Origin: Piromyces finnis finn
Taxonomy: Eukaryota > Fungi > Neocallimastigomycota
Length of the DNA: 64,000 bases
Assembly (NCBI GenBank): GCA_002104945.1
Contig: MCFH01000054.1
Coordinates: forward strand, 62,001 to 126,000
Direction: 5' to 3'
In this document: in pieces, positions 43,101 to 57,506 of the stretch
Layout of the letters: every line of letters starts with the position of its first letter
How positions within the stretch are numbered: position 1 is the stretch's first letter
Notes under the pieces: model-generated
Told to the model about the DNA's origin: nothing
The model's input: the letters and a program-made list of their open reading frames with translations, nothing else
Database searches by the model: none
Position numbers and translations under genes: made by a program

Positions 43101-45971
43101 GATACTTTTAAAGGAAATCAATTTCTCTATTAAATCTATGGAACTTTTGGAACAAGCGTAATGAAGACAGGTATGGCCAGACATATCTTTAGTAGTTATA
43201 TCTACAAAAGAATACTTCAGCATCATTTGAACAACTTCATCGTGCCCTTCACGACAATGATGGATAATTGGTGTGATGGATTCTTTATTTTTAATGTTTG
43301 GATTAGGTTTATTGGGGCAACGACTTAAATGGTCTAAATGGTCCCATTCTTTACAATGATCTAATAATAATTTCATAGAGATTTCATCGGCATAAAAGAA
43401 TGCAGTATTACCTAATGGATTTTGGTAGGAACAATCGGCACCATTTTCAATTAAAAATTTAATTAATTCATAGTGACCTTCTTTACAAGCTAAAATTAAT
43501 GGGGTATCATAAGAAAAGCTAGGTTCATTTATACTTAGAAGATCAAGATATTCATTTTGGAAGCAATCTAAAAGCTTTTGTTTACTATTTTTAATGAGAA
43601 GCATTTGTGGTGTGACACGATCATGATTTTGTTTATTCATTAGAATTTTTATTATTTTTTGAGTTTCGTCTGATTCTTCGTTGGCTAGATTGTTGAGAAG
43701 AATACTACTGGTAGAACGAAGGAAACTTTCTTGATAATCCATATTTTTCTTTTTATAGTCATTTGTAGTAAGTGGAAGGGAAGATAAATACTTTATTAAT
43801 TCTTTACGATCATTTAAAATTGCTAGATGCATTGGATTATTTCCTTCATAGTTTTTGGTGTATAAGGTATGATCTTGCTCTTCAATTAAAAATTTCATCA
43901 TATCTACTCTTCCTACGGAAGCGGCTAACAAAACTAAATCATTACCTTCTTTATCCTTGGATTCAATAATATTTTCAATATGAACAATATTGGTGGATGG
44001 ATGATCTTCATTCTGTTGATTTTTATCTTTATTATTTCCTTCATCTTCTTCTTCTTCCTTTCTTTTTCCTTCATTTTTTGCTCTTTCTTTTTCTTCTTCT
44101 TCTTCGTACAATTCTTTAAATTCTTCCAATGTACCTGTTTTAAGGGTTTCCCATATATTTCTATTTCTTTTTGAAATATCAACCCATGAAGATTGAACAT
44201 TTTCTAAATAAAGAAAGACAGCTTCCAAGGTACTAAGAGCAAATCCTTGTTCTCCATGATTAACATCAATTGTCATGGAGAAATCCTTCATATAACACAA
44301 ATTGGAATTTAAATTTAAAACATTACTTCTCAATACCAGTAAAAGAACAAGTGGAATCAACTGATCAGCTGATAATACAACTTGTTCATCTTTTTTTTTT
44401 TTTTTTAAAAGATGTCATTTTAAAAAATTATTAAATAAAAAAAACAAAAAACAAAATTATATTCATTTATATATTATATATAGTTTAAAGAAATTGAAAA
44501 AGATAGTTATTGAGAAAGGGATTCTTTAGCTTTTTAGTTTAATGTTTTTTTTTTTTAAAAAAAAATAAATTATAATTTTAATTTTAATACTACCTTTTTT
44601 GTCATCAAATAAAGAATCTGTACTTAAATAAATGGGTTGAGACATTAAAATACGGATACTATTGGTAAGACATTTAATTTTTTCCATTGGAGTTCTTAAA
44701 GTGGATATTAATTTAAAATGTTTGATAGCACGATCTAAATTATCAGCTACAAGTTATAATTGCCATTATAAATATTTTTATTTTTTATAAAAAAAAAGGT
44801 TTAATTGGATTATTCGATTATTCGTATGATTAAAAATTGTGATAAAATTAACTTTATATAAATGATGCTATGGGCTATTTCATTTTCATTTAAATAATAC
44901 CTAATTCATAACTTAGACCGATTTGTGGCAAATCAATGTATTGTACAGAAGCAATTGAATTCATTAAATTGGTATCTTCTTTATTTTTTAATGAACATAT
45001 TTTGAAGAATACTATATCATATGTTTCTTCATGAACATATCTATTATGATATTTATCAATATATAATAAATTTTAAAATCATTATTATTGTCTATATATT
45101 TTACTATTATTTATTTTTACTTCATATAATAAAACATGTATATAAATCCTATTTTTTCTTTTTCTTTTATTATTAATGATTTTAATTATAATAAAAAAAA
45201 TATATACTGTTCTATTAATTTAATTAATGAATCGGTTGAGGTATTTGTTTTTTCTATTAATTCTGCTAATGCATTGGCTGAAAGACCTTCAATAATATTA
45301 CGAGTAAAATTATATAAATTTTCAATTTCTATTTTAATACTGTCGATAGTATCTAAATTTTGCATAATATTATCCATTGTCCTCTCCGTAAATACTATAG
45401 GAAGGATAGTTGTTATAGTTGTTGGTATTATATTAATTAAAAGTTCGGAAAAATAATTTCATATTAAATATAGTTATATTGGTATTAGAATAATAATAAC
45501 AACAAAAATCCATAGATACAATGATTTTAATTTTATAAAGCTTACATTTTAATGTATTCTTGTTCTCTTCCGGTAAAATACTAATAACATTTACACTTTA
45601 TATAATATAGAATTATAAATATTGGGTCAATATATTAATTTTTATTTTTAAAAAAATATAGCACTATTTTAATAAGGAATATACTTTTGAATTGATGTAT
45701 TGGAATGGTATATTTCATTATTTGAACCAAGAGTCTAGAAATAAAATTTCAAATATTTTGACATTTTTTAAAAACACTGAAATAATCATAGTCATAATAG
45801 TAGTAATAAAAATAATTTCTTTTCTTTTTTCTTTTTTTTTAAATATATATAAATTTGTACTACCTCTCTTTTAATATCTTCTAAAAAAGAATCAATAAAG
45901 TATATTGTGAAAGTTCTATAATAATATATATTGAGTTTAATATTTTTATAAATTTTAGTAAAATTATATAC

Positions 45972-46026
<55 letters not shown>

Positions 46027-46834
46027 TTTTTTATATTTTATTTTATAATAATAAAAAGAGTTTTTTTATACCTTGAATAACCTTGTGTATCATTAGTATA
46101 ATCATTTTCAAATAAAATTTGTGCAGAAGTTCTACTAGAAAATCCTAAATTTTCAAAATTGCAAATGATAATTTTATAGGGTTACCATTTCAATAACACA
46201 TTATATTTATAATAGCATTTTCTATTTATTTATCTACCTTCGCCTGTTGATATAATACTCCCATTTATTGTTACACTTTTATTATTTAATGTTTTAAATT
46301 CTGTTTCTAAAGGAGTTAATTCCAAAATGTATGAAGCTAATATTCAAACATTGTATATTTTATTGAATATAATGAATGTGTAATTCGACACACGCCCAAA
46401 CACCCAAAAATAAAATAAATAATTTGAATATTATTAAATGGTGATATTTGTATTTCATATATATATATATAATGTATTTTTTTAATATATATATATAATA
46501 GTGTTTTTCTTATATATATATATAAAAGACATTATAATAAATAAATAGAAATAAAATTTCGTTATAAATTATAATTACAAATATAATCTTCAGTAATCAA
46601 TATTTCATCCACAGGTTTAAATAATGTTTTTATTGGAAGACAAAGAATACATTCCTTTTCAAAAAGTGTTTCCAACAACTCTGAATAATCATTTTTTATT
46701 AAATTCATCATAATGTTATTTTGAACATTTTCAATGTCATTCTCATAAGCATTTTGAGTAATTTGGTTTACTGTTAAATTCTCATTTACAATACTTGGAA
46801 AGAGAAGAGAAGAAACTTTATTTATACTAGCCAT
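39859..46834 (-). CDS. VPS9 domain + ankyrin repeats + PX-like + helical C-terminus (Vrl1/VARP-like Rab GEF), multi-exon
   Basis: VARP-like N-terminus (FKTLNNKSVTING); VPS9 core (RTPMEKIKCL, SADQLIPLVLLLV, GEQGFALSTLEAV); ankyrin repeats (GNNPMHLA, DTPLILAC, GHTCLHYAC, GNTPLHIAV); PX-like TVKRS/EYPHA segment. Last exon ends ISKNETI* at 39861-39859. Confidence 0.85.
40067..40325. repeat. (AAC)n/(AATAAC)n microsatellite in the last intron of the VPS9 gene
   Basis: Direct reading; source of the poly-L/C/V ORFs. Confidence 0.95.
41926..42249. repeat. (CTTATT)n hexanucleotide array, intronic
   Basis: Direct reading; about 320 bp. Confidence 0.95.
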
Positions 46835-47549
46835 TTATTTTCTCTTTCTTTATTATTAGAAAAAATAATAATAATAATATTATTATATATATAGGAATAT
46901 TCAATTTTTTTTTTATTTGTGTTAAATATATTCGTTTTATTGTTAGTTAGAGTAGACCTACTTTTTCTTTACTTTTTTTTTTTTTTTTAATTATTTAAAG
47001 GAAAAATTTAATATAAAATGTGGATTTTACATAGGAATTAAAATTATTGCACGTGATTTAAAATTTTGAAAAAGGTTATGTTTTGTTTTGAAAGGAATAA
47101 AGCAAAAAGTCAACTAGTTATGCACACACACAAAAAAAAAAGTTAAATGATAAAAGGAAGAAGGAAAGAAACGAGATGAAGAGCAATGAAATGAAAAGAG
47201 ATGTAAGAAAATGAAATCAAAATAATTTAATATCAACTTTCTATTTTATAAATTTTATTTATTTATAATAGTAGATATGTTTATTTTTATTTACAGAAAT
47301 AATGCCTTTTTTTTTTTAAGACTATAAAAGATAATTATTATATAATTATTATTATTATTTTTTTTAAAAAAAAATCTCAAAATATAAAATCTTAGAATCT
47401 TTAAATTCAAAATTTGTGTTATTTTCTATTTTTCTTTATTACATTATTATTATTATTATTATTAAATATTGTTGTTACTAACCGCTCGTTTCATTTATAG
47501 TATGAGAGATTCCAATATTAATTATTGGTATTTGTTTTATTTTAACAAT

Positions 47550-48404
47550 TTAATAATTCTTTAATTCATTGACTAAATTTTTGAATAAACCACTTGCTCC
47601 AATACGGAAGGTATTCTTTTGAATAGAAATTGGATTGGAAGGAATTTCTTTTGAAAGAATTTCTTGGAATAAAGCCATATATTCAGAAGCTTGTGGACAA
47701 GTTCTAACACCACCAGAAACTTTAAGTCCAACAATTTTTTGAGTATCATTGTATGTTTTAGCAATAGCTAAAAGCATTTGAGCGGCGGCATCAAGACTGG
47801 CACCTTTCTCAATTTTACCGGTGGAAGTTTTGATGAAATTAGCACCATAAGTAATGGCGTGTAATGAAGCTTGATAGACAGCTAATGGGTCTTGCATTTC
47901 ACTTAAAGCACCAGTTTCTAAAATAACTTTAAGTAATACATTTTTATTATCTTTAGCATTTTCATCATCAATTGCCCTTCTACAACTCTTAATAACATCA
48001 TTAGCGGTATTAACATCGTTGTTCATAAAAGCTTTAAAATTCCAAACAACATCAATTTCATTGGCACCATCTTGAATGGCCTTAACTGTATTATCATAAA
48101 CTTGTTTTGGTGAATCTTCACCTTTTGGGAAATTAATAACTGTAGCAATGGATATTGATGTATCTTTTAATTCTTCAGAAGCAGTTTGAACAAATGGTGG
48201 GTATACACAAACTGAAGCAGTTGGTACTGTTGATGATCTTGCTTGTTTGCATAAATTTATAATAATTTCGTCAGTGTCATTGTCATTGAGAGAAGTAAGA
48301 TCTAAAGAACCAATAGCTTGGTGACACATATCTTTTGTAATTTTTGCATTTTTTTTAGCTGTTTCAATGTAACTTTGAACCTTTTCAACGATACTTTCAA
48401 CCAT
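47550..48404 (-). CDS. deoC: Deoxyribose-phosphate aldolase (DERA), intronless, E. coli-type
   Basis: LDLTSLNDNDTDE, ASVCVYP, IATVINFP, GANEIDVV, LKVILETG, FIKTSTGK (Schiff-base Lys), GLKVSGGVRT, FRIGASGL, terminal Tyr. Confidence 0.96.
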   Translation of the reverse strand: MVESIVEKVQSYIETAKKNAKITKDMCHQAIGSLDLTSLNDNDTDEIIINLCKQARSSTVPTASVCVYPPFVQTASEELKDTSISIATVINFPKGEDSPKQVYDNTVKAIQDGANEIDVVWNFKAFMNNDVNTANDVIKSCRRAIDDENAKDNKNVLLKVILETGALSEMQDPLAVYQASLHAITYGANFIKTSTGKIEKGASLDAAAQMLLAIAKTYNDTQKIVGLKVSGGVRTCPQASEYMALFQEILSKEIPSNPISIQKNTFRIGASGLFKNLVNELKNY

Positions 48405-48800
48405 TTTCTTTCAAATTTTTTTTAAATTTTACTTTTTTTTTTTTAAAATTCAATAATATTTTTTTTTAAAAAAAAAGTCCATAAAAAATTTAAAATTCAT
48501 CTTTGAATTTAATGATTGGAGAAATTTTTTAAATTTTAGCTTTTAATTTAAAATTCAAAAAAAAAAAAAAAGGAAGAAAAATTAATTTAAATTGTGTCAT
48601 TTTTTTTTATTAAAAAAAAAGATTATTATAAATCAAATTAAAGATTTAAATTAATTATTATTGATAATCTTAAAGCGTACGATTTAATCAATCCATAAAG
48701 ACATATAAAATAAACAAAAGTAAACAATAATAAAGAAAGAAATAGTGGTATTTTTTAAAAGTAAATCCAATTTTTTTTATTATTAAAAAATTTATTAAAA

Positions 48801-51219
48801 ATGCCACCACGTTATAATAGACCAGCAAGAGTTCAAGTAAATTATTAAAGAATTATAAAAATTAATACTTTTAAGATGGAATAAACTAATATTTCTCCCT
48901 TTTATTTATTATCTTTAAATGAATTAAAATTTTTCATTGGTCATTTAAAAAGGTTGATTTCAGTACAGCAAAAAAAACAATAAATGAAATCACAGGAAAT
49001 TACAATATTTGGTATTATATAAAATAAAATCTTTATTGTTTTGAAGAAATATAAACTCATTTATAAAATTTTAAATGAAATTTCATTTTTTTAATTAACT
49101 CAATAATAATATATAATTGTTTATTTTTATTAAATCCATCAATTATTTAAATTGTAATTTCAAAAAAATTCGAATTTCAAAATTTTAAATTTAACAATGA
49201 TTCAACCACCACCACCACCACAACAACAAAAGGTATAACAGATATACAGGAGGTGATAATTACAAACACAAACCTTTAACGAGAGCAGAATATCGTTGTG
49301 ATATAGAAAGAGATTCTGGTTTAACAAAAGCAGATAATAATCCTGGTTCCTATTTTTGTATTCATTTTGCCCATGGTTGTTGTAGTAAAGGAAAGGATTG
49401 TACATATTTACATAGAGTTCCAGATGAATTAGATAGAGAAGAAACCACTAGAGATTGTTTTGGAAGAGAAAAGTTCTTGTATGTATTTTATTATTTCCCC
49501 TTTTTTTTATCTAATATTATATTAGAGTACTTATTAAACACTTTTGCAAATCTATTTTAAATTAAATTTAAATTTTTTTAATAAAAAACATATTTTATAA
49601 ATTATTATTATTAATTAATTAATAATTAGTGAAGAACGTCAAGATATGGGTGGTGGTATGTATAAAAATGAATAAAAAAGGCTATTTACTTTTATAAAAA
49701 CCTATCTATAAAACTACTTTTATTAATAATTACATTTTACATAATTAAATTTATACATAAAGTTGGTACATTTAGTAGAATTAATAAAACATTATATGTT
49801 GGTCATATTTCAACATCACCTGATAGAGAGGTATACCTAAATTAAATATAATTTTATATATATATTTTAAAAAAAAAATAGTTGAATAATATTAAAATTG
49901 TTAAAATTATTATTTTTATATTTAAAAATGATTTATAGGAAATTGTTAGAAAACATTTTGAAATATTTGGAGATGTTGAATATAGTAAGTAGTTATAAAA
50001 ATATAATAGTACATAAATTGTGAAAAGAAAAAAAAAAATCAATTTTTTGAAAATAATTATTTGTAGAAAATATGTATTTTATATTCTTCTTTATTAATAT
50101 TAATTAAAAACTTTAATTATTTTTTTTTTAATAGTTAAAATTTTAAAGGATAAAGCTGTAGCTTTTGTTCAATATAAATTAAGAAGTGTAGCAGAATTTG
50201 TAAAAGAAGCAATGTATGGTCAATCCTTAGATGCTGATGAGGTATTAAATGTACGTTGGGCTACCGAAGATCCAAATCCTCGAGTTCAACAAGAACTTCA
50301 ACGTAAAGCAGAAGAACAAGTTTTTAATGCCGTAAATGCTAATTTACCTGTCATAGGAGAATACGGTACTATTTTAAATTATGAATATGGATATCAAAAT
50401 ATGCCAGATATGTATAGTTATGAACAAGGTCAAACACAACAACAATATCAACAAATACCGTCATCTACAGAAGCAAGTGATCCATCTCAATACCCAGCCC
50501 AATATGGTGAATACTATGAAGGATATTATTCCTCTCAATATGGTGTTAATCCGGAAGTATATCAAAATAATGCCCAATATTATTCTTATGAAGGATATGA
50601 AGGACAACAATCCTATTATAGTCAACCTGTAATAACAGAAACTGTAGATAATTCAACAACATCAACAACAGAAAAAGATAAAAAAGGAATAGAAAATAAT
50701 GATAAAGGTATTTCATTTTTTTTAAAGTGATTTAATAAAATATTTTTCTGCAGTAATAAATCAAATAAACAAACAACAACACCATTTTAATGATTAATTA
50801 TTTATTTTTTTAATATATATATATATTAATTCATTAATTAAATAATAATTGAATAAAAAAAAAAAAAAAAAGAAAAAGAAAAGTCAAAAGAAAAACAAGG
50901 TATACTATCAAACGATTCCCTTAAAAATATAGCTAGTCTTATTAATAAGAGCCAAACTAAAAAGAAGAGACCTCCACCACCACCACCACCAAAGACCAAA
51001 CCATCAAGTTCTAAGGATTCAAAAGATGAAAAGAAAGAACCATCATCTGCCTCCTCCTCATCAAAATCATCAACTCCAATTTCTAATAATAAAGATGAAA
51101 AGAAAAGACCACCTCCACCTCCACCAAAAAGAAAGAATGAAGATTTAGTTGATAAGGATAAAGAATCATCTAAAGAAAGTTTAGAAGAAAGTCATAAGAA
51201 AGTTAAATTATCTGAATAA
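48801..51219 (+). CDS. CWC2: Pre-mRNA splicing factor Cwc2 (Torus/CCCH zinc finger + RRM), multi-exon
   Basis: RPARVQ, YNIWYNRYTGG, RCDIERDSGLTKAD, FCIHFAHGCCSKGKDCTYLHRVP, RDCFGREKF, RQDMGGVG, NKTLYVG, AEFVKEAMYGQSL, LNVRWATEDPNP. Confidence 0.95.
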
Positions 51220-52322
51220 ATTATTATCATTTAATTAAATTTGTAATTATATATGAAAAAAAAAATAATCATAATAAAAACCCCATTCTATATTAATTTA
51301 TAAATAATATATTTAAATCCCATATTAATAAAATGAATTATATTTAAAAAAAAGAAAGTTATTTTATATATATTTAATTATTCATCTTTGATAAGCAATT
51401 AAATAATTTTCTTTTCTTTTCATTACACAAGTAATTTATATATAAAGTTTTTATATGAGAATGATAATTAAACAATTAAAAAATAAAAAAGATAAAGCAA
51501 GTTTTATTATATATATAAAAAAAAAATTAATGTTACTTTACGGAAAATTAACTAAAAAATTATGTTTGATGGATAATACATTTTTATTTAATTAAAAAAA
51601 AAAATTAAAAATTATTATTTTATTATTGTCGTGGTTATTATTATTATTGAGGTGTACATTTTAATAAATACTTTTAAATTTAATGATTAATACATTTATT
51701 TTCCCTTTTAGCATAAATATAATAATTTTATTATATTTAATGCAAGGTTGTTTAATAAAAGAAAAAGAATACTTTTTTTTTATAATAAATTAAAAAAAAA
51801 TCAAGAAAATTTATAAAGTTCTTGGTAAAATGATATATGAAATATGAAATATATATATATATATATTTAAAAATAAAAAAGTTGATATATATATATTTTA
51901 TTTATTCGATATAACTTTAAAAATTTTATATTCATTATCATTCATTATTATTATTATTTTAATTTTTGATTTTAGTTTTATTTATTTATTTTTTTAAAAA
52001 TATAATAAAAAAATAAGATAAAAAAATTATATATATAATAATAATATTAATAAAAAGCAAAACAATTTAATGATGATATTATTATAGTAATTATCATTAT
52101 TTAAATAGAAATTTTAATATTTGAAAATAAAACAATATATTAAAAAAAGGAAAAGGTAAATATAAAATATAATATTTAAATGAATATAAAAATAATATAT
52201 ATAAAAAAAAAAAAAAAAAAACGAAAACTATACTAATATTATATATATATATATTAATTTTCTAAATCTATCAATAATGTCGTCGATTATTTTTTTTAAA
52301 GTATACATAAAATTATTTAATA

Positions 52323-53155
52323 ATGGAAGTAGAAAATAATAGTGAATTTAAACTACCCGATATTTGTATAAAAAAATATAAAAAAAATACAAGTAAAGAA
52401 AATAAATTAATCAATGCTGTTTCTACTGGAAACATTAAAGATGTAAATGAATCATTCTAAACTATTTTTGACTATAACTATTTATTATATATATATATAT
52501 ATAAACATTAAATATAAATAAATATATTATATATACATATAATTTTACAATATTTTAATATTTTTTTTAGATATATGATATATTATGGAATGAAAATGGT
52601 AAGCGTTATTAATAATAATAGAAAAAAGCATATTTTATACTGTTTTATTCATTTTACGAATGTCATTATAAAATAAAAGTTTCACCCCAAGTCAAAAAAG
52701 ATTTCTATGGTTCAGATTTAATCACGATTGCAACCCAAAATAATCAAAATGATCTTGTCAAATTATTTATGAAAATGAATTTAGACCCTCATAATCCAAA
52801 TAATTATGGTACAACTCCTATTCATTGGTAATATATATTATCTTTTTTTAATAAAAATGAATTAGTTGGAATATATAGTTATAATAAATTCTACAAAATT
52901 TAATTCTTTTTCATTAAAATTTAATAATAAAATGGTTATTAATAAGATTTTTTTTTAAAATTTTTATAAATGTTTTACATAATTACGATAAAAAAATATA
53001 AAGGGCTGCAAACAATGGTAATGATTCAATAATTAAGGAATTATGTAATCATGGATTAACAGTTAGAGATTTAGAAAAACGGGATCAATTTGGTTCAACT
53101 CCATTACATTTTGCCGCCATGAAAAATAATGAATCTGTTGTTCAGTTATTGGTAA

Positions 53156-53200
<45 letters not shown>

Positions 53201-54051
53201 TAAAAATTAAATATATATAATTTTTTGTTAACCCTCAGTAATTATTTAAATTATTTATATATGTTAAATATGTTATATAATAAAATATATTTAAAAAAAA
53301 GATATCTAGTGGTATAAATCCAACTGTTATTAATAATGATGGAATGAGAGCTAGTGATGTAACCACTGATATTTCTATAAAAAGATATTTAAAAGGTAAT
53401 TTTTAAATTTGAACATTACTAGAATACTTTAAAATATTATAAAATAAAATTTATTTTAATATTTTTTTTTAGATATGTATATATAAAAACTATATTAAAG
53501 TTTTATTATTATTATGATTAATTTTAAAAAAAAAATAACATTATTAATATGATTATTATTTTTATAATAAAACCTTTTAATTTCAAAAAAACAAAAAAAA
53601 ATAAAAATAAAAATGAATAGAGGAAGAAAATCGTTATATGGCTGAACATTTTAAAAAAAAAGGTAAAAGAAAGGGTAAAAAGAAAAAAGGATCTGGTAAA
53701 AGTAGAAGTTTATCTTCTTCCAAAAGTAATTCCGCACCTTCTAGAAAAGCATCCACAGTAAAACAATCCTCCATAGTAAAATCTGTATCAACGGTAAAAC
53801 CTAAAAAGAATACATCGGTATCCTCTAAAAAAAATTCTATATCAAGTGTATTACCACCAGAAATCCCATCTTATAAATCAGTGGTTGCTAGTAGATTAAG
53901 GAAACAAATATTAAATCCAACATCTTATGCTATGAAAAACTTTAATGATGATGTCATTACTCTTGATAATTCATCTAAAAGTCTTAAAGGAAGTAAAAGT
54001 AATTCACCTAAAAGTAGTACTGAAAGTATTAAACAAAAAAATTCTTTATAA
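52323..54051 (+). CDS. Ankyrin-repeat protein with K/S-rich C-terminal tail, multi-exon
   Basis: Exons encode NNYGTTPIHWAANNG and DQFGSTPLHFAAMKNNESVVQLL; last exon has the basic stretch KKKGKRKGKKKK. Start tentative. Confidence 0.8.
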
Positions 54052-54931
54052 TTTCCTGTAGTTGAAGAAGTAAATCTGAATTTATATATATATATCTTTT
54101 TTTTTTTTAAATAAAAAAAAAAAGGTATTATTTATTTTGATAATAATAGTTTACAATATTTAATACTATCGAAAGACTATAAAGAAAATTATAATAATAG
54201 TAACATAAAAAAAAAAAAAAACTAAAGCAATAACAAACAAACAAAAAAAAATTTTTTTGAAATTTTATTATTATTATTATAATTTTCTAACAAAATGTAT
54301 AATAGATCATATCCTTCAATTGCCTTATTAATATCATTTATATTACAGTTATTATTTCAAATATTATTATTTTATAATTGTTATTATTCATGTCATTATA
54401 CTAAAATTATTTATTATTATAATTATTATTTCAAAATGCAATGTATTTTATTTTGTGATTTTAGATTATTTGATTATAAATTTAATTAATATTTTTATTT
54501 ATTATTTTATTTTTACACAAGTATTTAATATAGGTGTATATTTTTTATTATTATTTTTTTATTTATTATTTTTTTATTTATTTTTTTTTAATATACTTTT
54601 TTTGATAGTGATTTTTAATTTAAGTAATAATAATAATAAAAAGATATTATTCCTATTGATAAGTAATATTTGTATATTAAAAAAAAAAGAATGGTATACA
54701 AAGATGTTGCTTAAAGTGTTTTTATATTTAGTTTTTTAAAATATATTTTAAAATAATAATAACTATTATTATTATTATTATTATTATACATAATTACTTT
54801 TTTTTTTATTGTTTATAATGACTTTTTTTAAATATAAATTCAAACAAAAGAGTGTTTTCTTAATTTATTATTAATATTTTTTCCTTTTTTTTTTTTTAAT
54901 TTTTATGAGTTTTTTTTTTTGGTATTGAAAA

Positions 54932-56920
54932 TTAAGATAAGGTTGAAACTAAAGCATTAATTAATTCACCATTAGCATCACCACTTAATTCCCAAATCAT
55001 AACACCACCTAAACTTTTTTCTTTAGCATATTTGGCTTTGTAATGCATAGACCATGTATCATCATATACAATTAAACCTCTTTTTTCTGGATTGAAAAGG
55101 TAAGGGGCACAACAATTTTCACTCCAATATCTAATATAACCAGATTGTGGATTGAGATAATCTTCTCTAATTTCAGAATATTGGAAGTTACCAGCTTCTT
55201 CAGATCTTCCCTTTAAAGCACCATTAAACTTTGCGTATATACCAGTAGCGGTATGATCATTAGCATTAGCTTCAACATTATCAAAACCACGTCCATAAAA
55301 TGGTACACCTACAACTAATTTATTAGCTGGTACACCAGCAGCTAAGAAATCTTCTACACATTTACTAACAGAGTTATGAGTTGGAACGGTACCATCTTCT
55401 AATGGTTTTTCTAAGAAAAGATTGGCTTGATGAGTTGTAACTTTACACCAGGTTCCAGAAAAATCATAATTCATAAGATTTATCCAATCAAGTGGTTCAG
55501 AAATTGCCTTTAAATCAAGACAAGAGTAATTATAGACAGCAGAAGAAGAAGCAATTGTTAATAAATAAGGTCTATTATTAATTTCAGCTAATTTATCCAA
55601 ATGTTGACGAATCTTCTTTAATAAAAGAATATAATTATCACCATCTTCTGGACGATGAATATTATGATCCATACCACCTTTTATTGGGAATTCCCAATCA
55701 ATATCAATACCATCAAATCCATATTTATTACAGAAAGTAGCACATGAAACAGCAAATTTTTCTCTGGTAACTTCTTCAGCAGCAACATCAGAGAAGCTAA
55801 TAAACATAGAAAAAAAAAAAATTTTTTTTTTAGTAATAGAAGATTTATAATGAAGGAGTAATGAATGAATTATTTTTTATTATATTTATTATTTCTATTA
55901 CTATTACTACTATTATTATTTTATATACATATATAATTTTTTTAATTATTTTAATAGAAATAATTACTCCTTAGACCATGTCCAACCACCAACTGAAATA
56001 AGAACTTGAAGGTTTGGGTTACGCTTCTTAAGTGGTCCATTTGGATTTAAAAACTATTTTAAAATAAAATATTGTAGTGAATATATTTAATAAAGTATAA
56101 AAAATTATATATGGTATTTTATTTTTTTTATTATTATCATTAATATTATTATTTTTAAATTCTTTTAGTATAAGTATATTATTATTTTAGTTTCAATTCT
56201 TTATTTTTCATATTATACATACTTGGTTATAGTTTCCTTTTATTGGTGTATCATCATCATTACCTAATGATTTTTCAATGTCAATCCATTTGTCACCTTT
56301 TTAAAAAAATTTTTTTTTATTCATAAAGAAAAAAAAAAAAATATAAAAAGCAATATGAAATTAATATTTAACTTTTATTATTTATTATTATCATCTTTAT
56401 CATTATTTGTTTATTATTTTTGCTATTAAAATAGAAACACCAATAATAACACTAATAATAGTTAATAAAAAAAAATTTTATTTCATTTATATACCTAAAG
56501 CAATTTCTCCATCAACAATATTAGCAAAAGCATAATTAATATGAGTTAATAATTCAACTGGAACCTTAGCTGGTTCATAACCATGATAACATGTCCACTT
56601 TTTAATAATAAATTTATTTTTATATATATATTTTATTTTATTATTATTGTTGTTATTAAAATGAAATATTATATAGTATATATTTATAAAAAGTTTATAT
56701 ATATATTTTTTTTAAACAAGTTGTACTAAATTTATATATATATATATTTTTAAAAAAAACTTACGTTTGCGAAATAACCAATTAATTTCTGTTTATCATT
56801 TTGATAAGTATAATTATTGAATTGTTGTCCTTGATAAGGTTCTGATTGTGCTCCTGTAACATTAACATCAGCTTTAAGTTCTTCCTTGGAAGCCTTTTTT
56901 AAAAAACTAAATAAACCCAT
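54932..56920 (-). CDS. GH18 chitinase without a signal peptide (5 exons)
   Basis: KLIGYFANW, THINYAFA, LISVGGWTWS, catalytic FDGIDIDWEFP (DxDxE intact), WINLMNYDF, KLVVGVPFYGRG, GGVMIWELSGD. Confidence 0.95.
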
Positions 56921-57506
56921 ATTTATTATTTATGTTATTATTGTTATTTTTTTTTTCTTCTTTTTATATTATATAATTATTAATATAAATGTATAAATGT
57001 CTTTTTAAAATTATAAAGAAAGAAGAAAAAGAAAAAAAGTAAAATTTTAATTTTTTAATTTTTTTATGTCGATGTTTTTAAATAATTAAAAATTTACAAT
57101 ATATTAGAGTATATTAATAATATATTATAAATTAATTTTAAAAATCTCAAAAAAAGTAAAATGCCACTTTTTTTAATTATAAAAAATATAAGTGAATGAA
57201 TTATTAATAAGTAGATAAATAAATGAAAGGTTTTATATTTAAAAAATTTAATAAATTCAATGATTTATTTAATTATTAATAATTCATTCATTTATATTTT
57301 TTATAATTTTATTTTATATTAAAAAATTTTTTTTTAAGAATCTTCTTAATTCCTTTTTTTTTTTTAATATTTTAAAGGATAAAAAAATAAAAAGGTTGCC
57401 ACACTCTAAACCAATCCTTCAATATTCATTAATAATCATGAATAATATTAATGTTATTAATGTTAATTATAAATATAAATACTGTCAGGTTACTACTACT
57501 ATTATT

